The notes below the pieces were generated by a model. It searched no databases and was not told the DNA's origin. It saw nothing but the letters and a program-made list of their open reading frames with translations. A program made the position numbers and the translations under genes. DNA of 64,000 nucleotides, taken from Chlorokybus atmophyticus. Lineage: Eukaryota > Plantae > Mesostigma and Chlorokybus algae. The stretch's first letter is position 1, and the number at the start of each line of letters is the position of its first letter. The stretch spans positions 587,397 to 651,396 of the forward strand of contig RHPI01002368.1 in NCBI GenBank assembly GCA_009103225.1, in the 5' to 3' direction. Positions 1 through 15,333 of this stretch are shown here, in pieces.

Positions 1-3000
1 ATGTGTGCGTGTGTGCACGTGTATGTCATATGCTTGCCCTGTAACTCGTGAGCTTCCACGAAATTGGCCACCGTGGTGAACCCTTGAAAAAACGGGAGCC
101 TCCGACGTTATGAATACTTGTTTTCAATACCGGGTATTGATAACAAGTACCATCGTGATAGTTGTTGGCAATCGTGTTGCTACCAACAATACGGTGCTGC
201 CGTAGCACTACTACAACAAAACGCTGAACTTATACAAAGTAAGCTATCCGATACACGCCGATGTGTTTTTAGGCTTGTGCACTGCACCGTTAGTGCTGGT
301 GCCAGCAACTTCTGCGAAATCGTTAAAAACTGCACGCCTCGTGACCTTGCGCGCTTTTGCAGCTGTAGAGGGTTCCATCAGGTAACATATAAGCTACTTA
401 TGCGTCACGCGGCGTGCAACACTCGGTGTGCCAAGCCAACCACCCCAAACTTTTGCTCCAACGCGCGCAGGTGCAGACGTTCACTCTATTTTTTAAATAC
501 TCACCAATGTTAGAATGGTACCTTATACAAGAGTCATTGCAGTACTCAAGCTTAAGCTAATACTTTTTGCTGGATTGCACGGTTTCACTTCTGCTTTACT
601 AATGTTGGCTGAGGCACCTTTGATTGCTAGTTTGCATACTCCTCTTGTATTGGTAATGTGCCACGCCGGCGGTGGGTGAGTGTAACATCCGCGCCTTACT
701 AATAGGCCATGGCAGCAAAAGTCGTTACCAAAGGTGGAGATACAGCCATTTATGTGACACGAAAAGTGTGATGGGTGGTGGTGCATGTGGTGGCAGTGAC
801 ATGATCCCTATGGTGGCACTTCGGCACCACGCGGTGTGCTCGATGCAGGCATGCACATGGGATTTATGAATTCTTATTTGCAGGTTATCATTGTGTGAAC
901 ATATGCATGCATATGTATGCGAAGGTGCTTTGCACGCATGCATATGTGCACACGCACATGCATTATGACATGTGCACACAAGTGAGCTTATTAGTATTAA
1001 CACATGTGTGGATAGTTATGCCACCAACAACTTGTAAAATTGTATCTCACAAAACTTTGTATATGCACAGAACTTTCCAAACAAGTGGCAAAGTTGCTAG
1101 CCAAGCAAACTCACCGGATTACCTAACAGACTCTGCCAAGTAATTTTAGTTATGTTCATGAAGTTGATAAAAGTTTAAATGGTTTGCATAGCAGCTTGCA
1201 AAGCAGCTGTGCAGTATATCATATATGCAATATATGTTGAATACATTGAATGGCAACAATTTATGACTTTTATGTTGACGTTTAACGTACCATTATAAAA
1301 CGGCTCCTGTGGTTTGCACATCGTTTCCTCATGACATATGCACATTCATGAATGCAATACGCGATGATAAAAATCATATTCAACAACTACTTTCCGTATA
1401 TATTATATGTATGATATGGGTACGTAGACAAGCTTCATGTCCGCACGTACAATCATATGCGTTTTATTGTCAATAACGTATGATGCGCACTGACACATGG
1501 CATGTTGGTATATATCGGTACGTGGACAAGCTTCCCATTCGCACATACACATACATGCGTTTGATGTTATTAATATATGCTGCGCATTTAATGCCACGTT
1601 GGCACATGCATGCCGTGCACTGCATAGGTTGGCAGCCTAAGTGCGCCTACACACATTTACGCACACCCACAAGTATCACATTACATGTAAACGACACGCT
1701 CACATGGAAGATGCAATTGAACATGTGCGCGCATTGCATCTTTTCGTTCGTATGTTTTTTATGCTGTTCATAAAGCTGGGCTGAAGCTGTCACGAGGCAG
1801 TTGTTCACGCAAGGCGAAATGTATGTCGCTATATCACATGTGGTTTAACAACGTCAAAGTGATCATGAGTCATTAATGATAGTAAATAAACACACGTGAT
1901 ACTGGCATCACAAATAGAGTGCATGACTCATTGAATGCTATAGACATGCTGCAATACAATGAATTATTGTTATGGCAAGTAGAGGCATGGAGATATTGTT
2001 TAAGCTGCATGCAGTGGTCATGTCAATGTCATATGCAAAATAAAAACATTGTGATATATTGTTGACGATTATACTTGTGAATACCAACATTTGCGTATGG
2101 TAAATTGAAGAGGTTACAAAACATGTATGTGACAAGGTTGCATAAATGCTATGTGTTCCTACCTACGATAGCGACTTTTGCTACCACCGTCTAATGGTTA
2201 AGGCACCAGTGTTACAGGTTTTGAGTGCAAGCAAACGCAATACAACATACACCAGCATGCGATCCAATTGCCGCAATCTTCATGTGACATGCAAACTCAC
2301 AAGAACCGCATCAACCATTAATGTTGCAATAGGCTAACCAGCTATTTCTTGAACTTTTATGTGCATGCAATGTACAATAGGTAGGGCGGCATAAGCAAAT
2401 GAACATCCGCAAAGCAGCGCCATACACTTGCAACATGTGCATATTTGTTCATTAAAGTAATTGATTAAGAAAACTTGACGATTATTACTTGAGGATTAAG
2501 AAAACTTGACGATCATCACACGCATACCGGTGTTATAAATTAACAGCTATGTAGGCAATAAAAGTAAGTTTACATATGCAAGCTTGGAGCACACGTGGTA
2601 CAAGTCCCCCGTTTTTTGAATTACTAAATAAGAACTAATATTACAGTTATTACCTAATCAAGGATTGCAGAATGGCAAACCTGATAGTTAAAACAACATT
2701 ATAATAACACTGCATGTATAATTATGAGTTATTCAACTCAATAATGCTATTATGAAGCACAGCAATCAAACCGGCAGCCTCCTCCAGTTTAATGAAGGCA
2801 TTATTCCAACCAAGGGGGGCACAGAAAGCCTGTTTGTTTCAGGGGATGGAGGCAAAGGGTCGGAAAACAAGCTGGCTCCAGGCGCATCTCAAATCAGCTA
2901 GCGGACGTAACGACATCACACTCTATTTGTACCAGACTAGGTAGTCAGTCAATACGCTGTGCTGCGATGTCGGACATTAGATACTGTTGTCACCGGTATA

Positions 3001-3567
3001 CGGTCGTTACCGAGACTGAGTGGTAGGGTAAGTGGACCAAACTTGGGATTCGCCCTAACTTCGGATGGCTGCCCGGCTGCGGTTTCGCTAGTAAGTAACA
3101 GCGCGACGCTATAGTGGCGCCTTCGTACTGAACTGCTTGAGTAGACGTCAGTCAGCGCGTTGCGTACGCCTACGGCAGTCATTTCCGCAGGCGGGCACCA
3201 TATAGCCGAAGTTAGGAAAACGTACGGCAAATGCCCGGTGCCGCCTTAATCTTTGGTTGGCCATAGCGGCCGGTATATGATATACCGTATATCTATTGCT
3301 CTATTTGATGTGCTGCAAAAATATAATGTATGCTCCTTAACTCGAGCAAAAGTTCGCCTTTCAGCATCACTCCCAAAAACTAACCACAGCCGTCGCTAGC
3401 AGTGTAACTTCAAAAAGTGTCCCGAGTATGGTGCACTCATCCTAGCATTCACAACGGCGGCGGCATTTTCAGCGGCGTTGCCGGCATTGCCTTTCAGGGC
3501 TGCGGGGGCCTTGCGGACGCGGCCTGGAGGGAAAGGGAGGGGGGCGTTTGCCTATACGTTGCGAGCA

Positions 3568-6668
<3,101 letters not shown>

Positions 6669-7253
6669 TGACTCTGCTGTTGAACGGTGAGTCTTGCCAG
6701 CGACACATCAACCTGGTGCACGACATGTATGTGTGCTGATGTTGGGTTACATGTGTACATGTGCTTTCAGGTGGGCGCGGGTTTGTGAAGCCCTTTCTCC
6801 CATTTTGTTGTCATGTTGTTTTCAAAGGCGGGGATGTGGTGAGGTGTGCAGCTGGCGAGATGGATTGCGTGTAGCGTATTGTTGGGGGCTGCAAGTATAG
6901 TCCATTCTGAGAGCGCGACATATAATGTGTGCGTGAACACACATGCTTCTGCCATGCTTGCATGCTGTGCCTTGTGCCATGCATGAGCAATTACACTCCG
7001 TGATGTTTGTACATACTCACATATGTGCACACAACAGAGCACACAAGGACACACAAGCGCCGCGCGCACACATGCACGCTAGATTTACCGGAAGCAATGT
7101 GCTAGTATTCGAGGGACATGTTGATGACAAACAAAGGACAATAAAGGCACACACACTATTACTGTGAAGACCCTCGCTAAAAGCACAGATGTGGTCACTA
7201 TGTAAGGAACAAAATCAAAGGTTTTGACAGTAGACGCTCCACTCCTATGAGCT

Positions 7254-7378
7254 TTATGTAGGGTAAGGCAGACTACATCCCCCAATACTCGCCTCGTTCT
7301 TTATAATGAATTCGCTCCACACAGCCCCCGCTGCATAGCATGCATTCATAAGGAGCGAGCGAGCGCGAGCGCGAGCGC

Positions 7379-7414
<36 letters not shown>

Positions 7415-7415
7415 G

Positions 7416-7462
<47 letters not shown>

Positions 7463-8297
7463 CACCCGCTTCCGAGAGCTCGCCGCTGGTTCGGTTTACA
7501 TACTTGAGAGCTTGGCGGAACTTGTACTTGACCGTGCGAGGGCATAGCGGGTACGGCACCGTCAAGGCGTTGAGCAGTGCCACCGCAGCCTCGCCCGCAA
7601 ACCTTTCCACCTACAAGACAACCCACCCACCCAACCAACTCAGTCAGGATGTAATACGTGCAAACCACATAGCACGGCATCTCTCTCATCGCACTAAGCG
7701 ATGACCTCAGTCAGCGGCTGATGGCCGCCTCTAACAAGCAATGCGATGGCGTGTTCCATGGTGCGGTTGCCAACAAAGCTCCTTATGACAGCCGCGTCTT
7801 CCGGTGCACGGCTCGCGAACGCTAACGGCAGCTTCGTGTCGGGCCGGATGCCCGCGCCGACGGGATATTGGCTTTGACTATAGGTCCAATAAACCGCGTC
7901 GCAGCCACGCTGTCCGAGGGATCGTCCACCAGGGGGATACTGATCGCTGCAAATGCAGCAGACAACTTGTCAAACAACAATTGTACTTGAGCTGGGCGGA
8001 GGGCCAACGCGTGCTGCTGTGCGGGTGTACACACACCTGCATTCTGTATGTATACGTACCTGCTGCATCCTTGCTTGTACGCCACGACGGTGGTGTGGTA
8101 GGATTTCGAGGCGTTTAGGCCGTTCTGCGTGATGGTGAAAACGACGGTCTTGTTTCCCACAGTGCTCCAACGACAGAATCCTTCTTCCTGGCCCTGCACA
8201 TACATACCGAACACGTGTTGACTGCGAGCGTGCGCGCACTTGTGGAACTGCTGTGGCGCGCGCACATCCACACACGCGTGTGTGGGTAGTGCGTGTG

Positions 8298-8339
<42 letters not shown>

Positions 8340-10415
8340 CTCAGTCAACAACCCTCAGAAAGACCTTCACCCGCCCAGGTCGGTCCCGTTGTCCGGTCCC
8401 TTGAGAGCAAGTCTCCCGACTGCTGCGCTTGATCCCCTCCACCATCGTTCTTCCCTCCCCTTTTTGAGGAGGAGGCCCTGCGCTTGCTTTTGCTGCTGGA
8501 GCAGCAAACCTATACCAACGACTCAGCAATGAGATGGTGCAGTGGTATTGAGGTGCGGGTGCTCGTGCTGATGGACACAGCGTGCATGCGTGTGCACGCG
8601 TGTAAGCCTTACAGAATGCAGAATGCAAAGAACAAAGTGTCTTCTACTTAACACAGGATGGATGCTCGAGTTGAGAACAAGCACAATNACATCGATGTGT
8701 ACGACCTCGCCGACGTAGGGTTTGTCGTTGCCGGTTGCCGTGTCTAAGAGTACGTATCTAATGACTGGCTGCACGGCGGTGAGGGTTAATGTCGTATTAA
8801 AGAACTGCGTGGCATCATCACCAACACATGGCGAGGGGGAGGTGACACGGGCGCGGATGGGATACACGCCGGGGGCCAGCCGCAGTTCATTGATGTTGAT
8901 GGAAGGCTTGGTGGTGTCCGTCGCGTCGTCGAAGACGCCGTCGTTGTTCAAGTCCCAATCCATTACGCGCTGGTGGCCACACGCATCCACGCCCGCGCCG
9001 CCTGTCAGCCGGGGCCCGGCGCCGTTTGCCACATCGCACACGTAAGTGGCCGCCGGTTCATCAATGCTGCAGATGCACACAACAACACTTTCTCAGCAAG
9101 TGGCGGAATGTTGCCGTTGGCACACAGCCGTCTCAAGTATTGGCATGCGTGTGCATGTGCGCGCCCGCGCGCGGGTGTGTGTGTGCGTGCTGCACTCACT
9201 ATGCAAACGTGCCAAGGGTGGTGCTGCTGGTCGAGGTGAGTCCAAACCACCACTTGCCCGCCTGCCAAGGAGCGAACAACATGTACGAATGCATGTGATG
9301 ACACGAGGAGGCCTGCAAACGAGCAACAGAGTGCACAACAGTGTATGCTTGCTGCTCACCTGGCCAACATTGGAGAGCTCACCGAACGAGGAGGTGGCGA
9401 AAGAGGTGGGCAGCCGAAACCCGCGCACGCCGTCGCCGAGGTTGAATCCCGCTTGAACTGTGGTGTCTACATGCGCACAAGCATCGCATGTGGTCACGTA
9501 ATAATGCGTGCGACAGGTGCAGAACCATCCTGTGACAAGTTTACCAAGTGTACAACTCAATGCTGAAGCAAACTGCTCACCCAAGATGCCTGAGGATTTC
9601 AGCTCCGGGTAGAGCAAGCCCACAAACACGGTGCCTCTGTTGAAGGCCATCACCGCTTGAAACGTGTTGAGAGGATGGTTGTCGTCGCAACAAAGTTTTA
9701 CCTGGACAAACCAATTGACGTGAGACTTGCCATCCATCATCCATCAGCACAACACAAGCGCGCATACACGTGCGATTGCTACTCACATTGATCCATGTGG
9801 CGATGAGAGCTGCCTCGGCGTTGAAGCCGGTTGCGAGTGGTTCGGTCGGGAAGGCGCTGCGCACGTCGCGGGTGATGTTGGCAAGGAGGGCGGTGTCATC
9901 ACCCACAACCGCGCGGACGCTCATGCCTGTGCAGTCAGCGCAGTCAACAGTGAGTGGTGACCAGAAAGCCGCCACCATGCTCCATTCAGCTCCGGCAGCG
10001 GGGAACACGTTTTCGGCGGGGATGCTGAACCCGCGTTGGCGGAAGTGCAGAGCGCCTTCTGGGTTGATATATGCTCCGCTCAGGCTGGCAGTACCAAAGA
10101 CGGGCACGGGATACGGCAGCGGAACAAGAGCATAGCTGTGCGAGGAGACACACTGTGTGATCTATGGTTGTCTGGCATGGCATGGCATGTGTGTGGCACA
10201 CCTCTTTGAACTGGAAACAGCACTGACGCTGAATGAACCCATCAACTACGAGAGTGGTTGTGCGTGCGAACGTACTCTGTGATGACGTTGTCGGCGTCGA
10301 AGGGGTACAAGTCGTCGACGGTCAGGGCGTCCACGTGCGAGCAGGCGGGCCCACTCAACAATACCATCACCAGCAGCAGCAGCGACTGAGTGACTTTCAT
10401 CACTCCGGAAGCCAT
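7254..10415 (-). CDS. Secreted NIDO-domain protein with PKD-like repeats, multi-exon. N-terminal exons: 10415-10276, 10135-9787, 9701-9581, 9466-9360, 9261-9209, 9066-~8690. C-terminal exon structure is less certain.
   Basis: Hydrophobic signal peptide (QSLLLLVMVLLSGPACS). NIDO hallmarks VAAFWSP, LIATWINV, NTFQAVM, AGFNLGDG, SNVGQAGKWWF join in phase across GT-AG introns. PKD-like segments: WDLNNDGVFDDAT, PGVYPIRARV, GNKTVVFTIT. There is an N at ~8688 and an apparent 1-nt frameshift near 7862. Confidence 0.72.
7353..7460. repeat. (GAGC)n/(GA)n microsatellite in an intron
   Basis: Directly visible; abuts the GTGAGT donor (minus strand) at 7461-7466. Confidence 0.97.
8301..8337. repeat. (AG)n microsatellite
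   Basis: Directly visible. Confidence 0.97.
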
Positions 10416-11748
10416 GTCTCCAGCACTGCTAACAAAGTAGTCAGAAGCTTGTCTTCAGTGGCAGCTAACTCGCCGCTACTGGCGTCAATACAGTACAAGA
10501 ACGCGCACACACATGTTTTCTGTCTACACACACTGACGCAAGAACAGAGAGTTGAACGTAACCTACCGGCTAGGATGCTTGCCGCTGCAGCGAGGAGAGA
10601 GCCTGCAGCGCAGACGCTTCATTAACTTACCGCTTGCACAGAGGATGAAATTATGCACTGCCCCTTACACGCGGTTGCTTGTAGGCCGATACTTAGACAG
10701 TCTGGCAGATTGATCCTGGCATCTTATATTTTTGACGACAACTCCTGTCAGCAGCGCAGGCAGGGTTTCACACAAACACGCAAGGACACATGTCACATCA
10801 GTAGCGCCCTAGCGCTCAAGTTCGCATTGCTTGCAGCGGACCATTTGCATGCTTTGGCGGCAGCCTGCCTCCTTTCCGCCGGCGCCAAGTTCCAAGCAGC
10901 ACGGACAGAAGGCGCGTGCGCCTCGAAAGGCGTGACGTACGTGACGCATGCAGGCTGGTGTTCATGATGATGCCGCCACGCATAACGACGACCGGTAGGT
11001 TGTTGCGGCCACTGATGTGGCGGTGTGGATACTATTGACAAGTGCGGCCCCACCGTGCATGAAGCTGCAGGCCGCAGTGTCGGGTCACCTGCCAATAAAC
11101 CTGGGCCAGCAGGTCGCTGCTAGGCCTATGTGTTTTCGTTTCTCGTGCTATCTGCGAGAGTCAACGTATGCCGGAGGTCAAATGGTGTCGTGATATAGGC
11201 TCGCATTTGAGCTACCATGCGGGGTGCATTTGCATGTGGAATTGCTTATGGATTGACATCACAATACATTAAAGCAAAGGCTTGTATATAAGCACACAAG
11301 ACTGCAACGGCGTAGGGAGGGCTGTGCATGGGTCAACATGTATAATACATTCCATGTGTCGAACAGATGGCACCCGAATACACACATTGAAACGACAACG
11401 GTAACAGTGGCGGATTGGTCAGAGGATTAAAAAGTGGCGACGAGGGAAGTCCATTTGCTGTCCTAGTCCTGGCTGGTGAATGGAGTCGCGGTAATACGAC
11501 GATTGTGTGCAGGTAATGATAACTACGCATGCATGCTTACATGATTGACATGATGGGCTCTTGCGGTAATGATAGAGTCGGTACCTTGTTTACCCGTTCA
11601 CAGCGCCCCCTGCTACAATTTACCCCCTGTATTTCTTAGGAGGGCACACTGTTGGGCTATAGGCTATAAGCCCCTTTCTTATACACAGTTCCCCTACGCT
11701 ATGGGATTACACGTGAATTATAATGGTTTACACTTGGATTGCCGTTAT

Positions 11749-12090
11749 TGTAAGGAGAGGGGTTGCTACCTCCTCCCTTCAATCCCCTTACCCCAACACC
11801 ACCATCAGCGACGACGCCGACCACATCGCCGCCGCCAGGGCAGCTGCTAGAGCAAAACATGCTCTAGCTATGGCGGCCGCTGCGTTAGCAACACCGCCAT
11901 GCAGCTGATATCGGCATGAGACATGAGTCTGATGCCGATATAAATGTTACAAAAGTAAGTAACCCTACATTAGTGCCTTAGCACTAGGTTAACGTCCCCA
12001 TTTAGATTTGATAAATTATATATATTCGTTTAGACATCTATCCAATCATAAATAAGCGGGGAACCTCTATGGAGGTAGCACTCCGTTACA
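11749..12090 (-). repeat. 3' LTR of the minus-strand chromovirus (left boundary approximate)
   Basis: Minus strand reads PPT CTAAGTGGGGGTGAA then TGTAACGG at 12090. Putative end CTCCTTACA at 11749; there is no second LTR in the window to confirm it. Confidence 0.55.
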
Positions 12091-14674
12091 TTCACCCCCA
12101 CTTAGGTTTTAATGTTCACATTGAAGGGTTAGCAACGCCCCACTACAAGCACTATGAACAGAAGCAGTGAGAGAACCAGGGCCGAAGCGATAAAGTTGTC
12201 TGCCAGCACCCTTTTACCGTCCGCGTGTGGACACAGCACTCCAATATCCCCGAAGAATTTCTTGGCAGTTAAGGAGATAGCGTGCGGGCTCCTATGTATT
12301 GTGTTCAACACCATACCTATTTCATTTCATCAGATAAGACGACGCGCGTCCGCGTCGAAGCTTATAGTGACTCAGGAATGCTTCCATCTCATACTTAAAA
12401 GTATCGTCGCCATTTACTGCGATGAAGGTGGGAGGAGGTTGAACTCGACCGTCACGACGGTACAATTTCAGTACACTCACATAAAACACATTGTGAATCC
12501 GTATCAACTTTGGCAAGTCTAAATGATACGCGTCTGTGCGATTAGATCAATCACTTTAAAAGGGCCTATCAAGCGAGGGAAAACTTGCGGGTACCCACTC
12601 CCTTAATAGATATGTTTTTATTACTGAGAAGCACTGAACAGCCCACATCGTAGTTGGCCTCTCTACGATGTGCATCAGCTTGGGCTTTTTGTCTGTCTGT
12701 TCTGCGCTACGCGCAGACAGTCTTTTACCAGCGCTAACCTATATTGCATGGCGGAAGCCATCTCGCGCTGCAGGTACGCGAGTTACATCAGTTGCGGGCA
12801 GCTTCATGTTTGCAGGGTTCCATGGATGCACTCCGTAATCCAAGAAAACCGGAGTTTTTTGCACACTCTCTTGCCATGCATGATTGATTGCAAACTCAGC
12901 CATTGGGAGATGGACATCGCAATCACTGTGGTTTGGACTTACAAAATGCCGGATGGTGTCCTCAAACATTTAATTGGCGCATTTGGTCTGACCATCCGTC
13001 TGCGGATGGTCAGCTGTGCTCGTGTTGTGTTGAATCTATACGAAGCTGCAGCGATTGCCAAAGATGAGCCACAAATTGCGGATCACAATCATAAACAAAG
13101 TTGCAAGACAAGCCATGCAACTGGAACACATGCGCGACAAAACCATCGCTAGCTCACGGGAGCGTATCTCCGTGTGACAAGAGACAATGAGAACCATGTT
13201 TGTTAAACGATTATCAAAACTACAACCGTAGTGTGATCTAAAGGTGTCTCTAGGAGCTCAGTAATCAGGTCTATACTCACACTTTCCCATTTGCCATCAG
13301 GAGCAGGTAATAGTCGCAGCAACTCAGCGGGATTCTGACGTAGCGGCTTGTCACGTTGACATTTGTCACACGTGTATACATGAAGCATTACGTCAAGCGA
13401 CAACGATGGTCACTAATATAACTGTTGCGCTGCCTTAACAGTCTTGCGACTATCAAAGTGCCCAGCGTATGGTGGATCATGTACATCAGCTATGCATTTT
13501 GCACGCAACCTGGCATGGTTAGGTATCACCAAGCTGGTGCCTACTTATAAGAAGTTGTCTTGTTTGCCAAGCTTTTGCACGTTCTCTTCTAAAGAGAACT
13601 ATAGGTCTGAAGCATACTCTTACACAATTTGTACAAGCTATTGAATAGCTTATATAAATTCATCATGAAAGACAATATACCATGCGTCGCAAGCAATTCA
13701 ATTGTCCGTGCAAGTTGCACGCATAGCTGCTAACAATGATGGACAGCGACATCGAGGATCAGCAACATTGGTTTGCCTACCTGATACACCCACTCCAACG
13801 TAACAAAGACAGACACTCATTTAAGCCAGCTTGTCTACATAACAAGTTATGCTGTGTCGAGAAATACACCAACGTGTCATGATCAATCACCACTGTGAAC
13901 TAAACTCCCTCTCAGTAACATCGCCATGTTTCCTGAGCATGTTCCATACCAAGCAACTCTTGCTTAGTGGGAGTGTAGTTCACCTCTGATGGAATGAACT
14001 TCATACTCTCATAAGCACACGATCTGCTATCTTGCAACAAAATTGCATCACACCCAAGAGTGGATCCATCACTGAGCACAATGAAATGCTTATTCCAGTT
14101 TGGCAATGCAAACAATGGAGCTGAAGTAAAAGCAAGCTTCACTTGTTGCATAGCAGCTTCTTACTTTGCCGTCCAAGAAAATGGGGCATCCTTTTGTTAC
14201 AGTTTTATTAAGGGCACCACAATTGTGGAGTACCCCGTCATAAACTTGTGAAAATAGTTGCCAATGCCCAAAACAATTGCAGCTGATGGATAGTCTTTGG
14301 TTGAGGCCAATCTTGTACAACTTGCACTTTGCGAGGGTCAGGTTCAAAAACCGCACCGCTCACAATGTGCCCCAAGAATGGCAACTCCGTTTTTTAAATC
14401 TCACTCTTTGCAAGGTTGGCAAACATATGTGTGCGCAGCAAGGCAAACACCACTTCAAAGTGCTGCTTACGCTTTCATTCCTTGGTTGTATTGAAGGGAA
14501 TTATCATTCAAGAAAACCATAGTATACTTGTCATATATATGTTGCACAAAAACCTTATTCGCTTCGTTCCAAAAGCTATTGTGTAGACATAAAAAAGATG
14601 AATCCAGATCTGATGGTACCCACTTGACAAGTCCAACGTATTTTCCGACAGTTTATTAAACACATCATCAATCC
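11749..14674 (-). mobile_element. Degenerate Ty3/gypsy chromovirus, 3' part (RT C-term, RNase H, integrase, chromodomain, PPT, LTR)
   Basis: Fragments LDLSSGYHQI, LSDGSTLGCDAILLQ, WESVSIDLITEL, FAINHAWQESVQKTP, HNVFYVSVLK and chromodomain YEMEAFLSH..RRG..SYLMK; many stops and frameshifts. Confidence 0.88.
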
Positions 14675-15333
14675 TGTAACAGTCGAGGCCAAGTTTCACA
14701 ATTTCATGACCTTTTTTTGCCCATCGAGCACCGCGTTTTTATGACTTGTGGCAGATATCGGCGAATTATGAGTCTGCCGCGGATATCGACCGGGGGCTCA
14801 GTACGAGTCCGGAAGATGCCAGAAAACGGAGGGCTAGTCGAGAAGGGCTCGACCAGATTTCTGGAAGGGCCTTGCGCCAAGTAACTTGACCATAAGAGCA
14901 CCTGATCAGGAGATCTTTAGTGCGTAAGAAAGGTGTAGAAGTATAATACAAGGTTCTGCAATAACAATGTAGCAACTAGTTTTGTGTTGCACGGGAATCG
15001 TTTAGACATTAGCATGTGCAGACTGGTAGGTATAACATCGACATTCTGCAATGTGCAACACAACATTTAGCTCCCTAATTTCTGGTGTGCAAGCTTGGTG
15101 GTGGTTCGCAGGAGTTGCTAGCGTGTGTCCACTAGTGTGTGCTTGCTTGTGTGACGATCCAAGGCGCTACACAAGCCGGTGTGTAGCTTCGAGCGCATGC
15201 GCGTGCGTACGCGAGTTGCGGGGCGCGCGTGTGCTTGGCAGAGGGGGCAAGGTTCCGGTGTAAATACCGTGTCGTGGTGAGAGGGTTGTTGATTGGACCA
15301 ACTCACAGGTGACAAGGCACGAGCACCGTCACA
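14675..15333 (+). repeat. 5' LTR of the plus-strand chromovirus
   Basis: TGTAACAGTCGAGGCC...CACCGTCACA; aligns with 20170-20835. Confidence 0.92.

Noticed and set aside
523-3230. Short ORFs upstream of SPDS, including 2949-3230 (-)
   Set aside because: No recognisable domains or reliable splice model; mostly TG/CA-rich low-complexity sequence.
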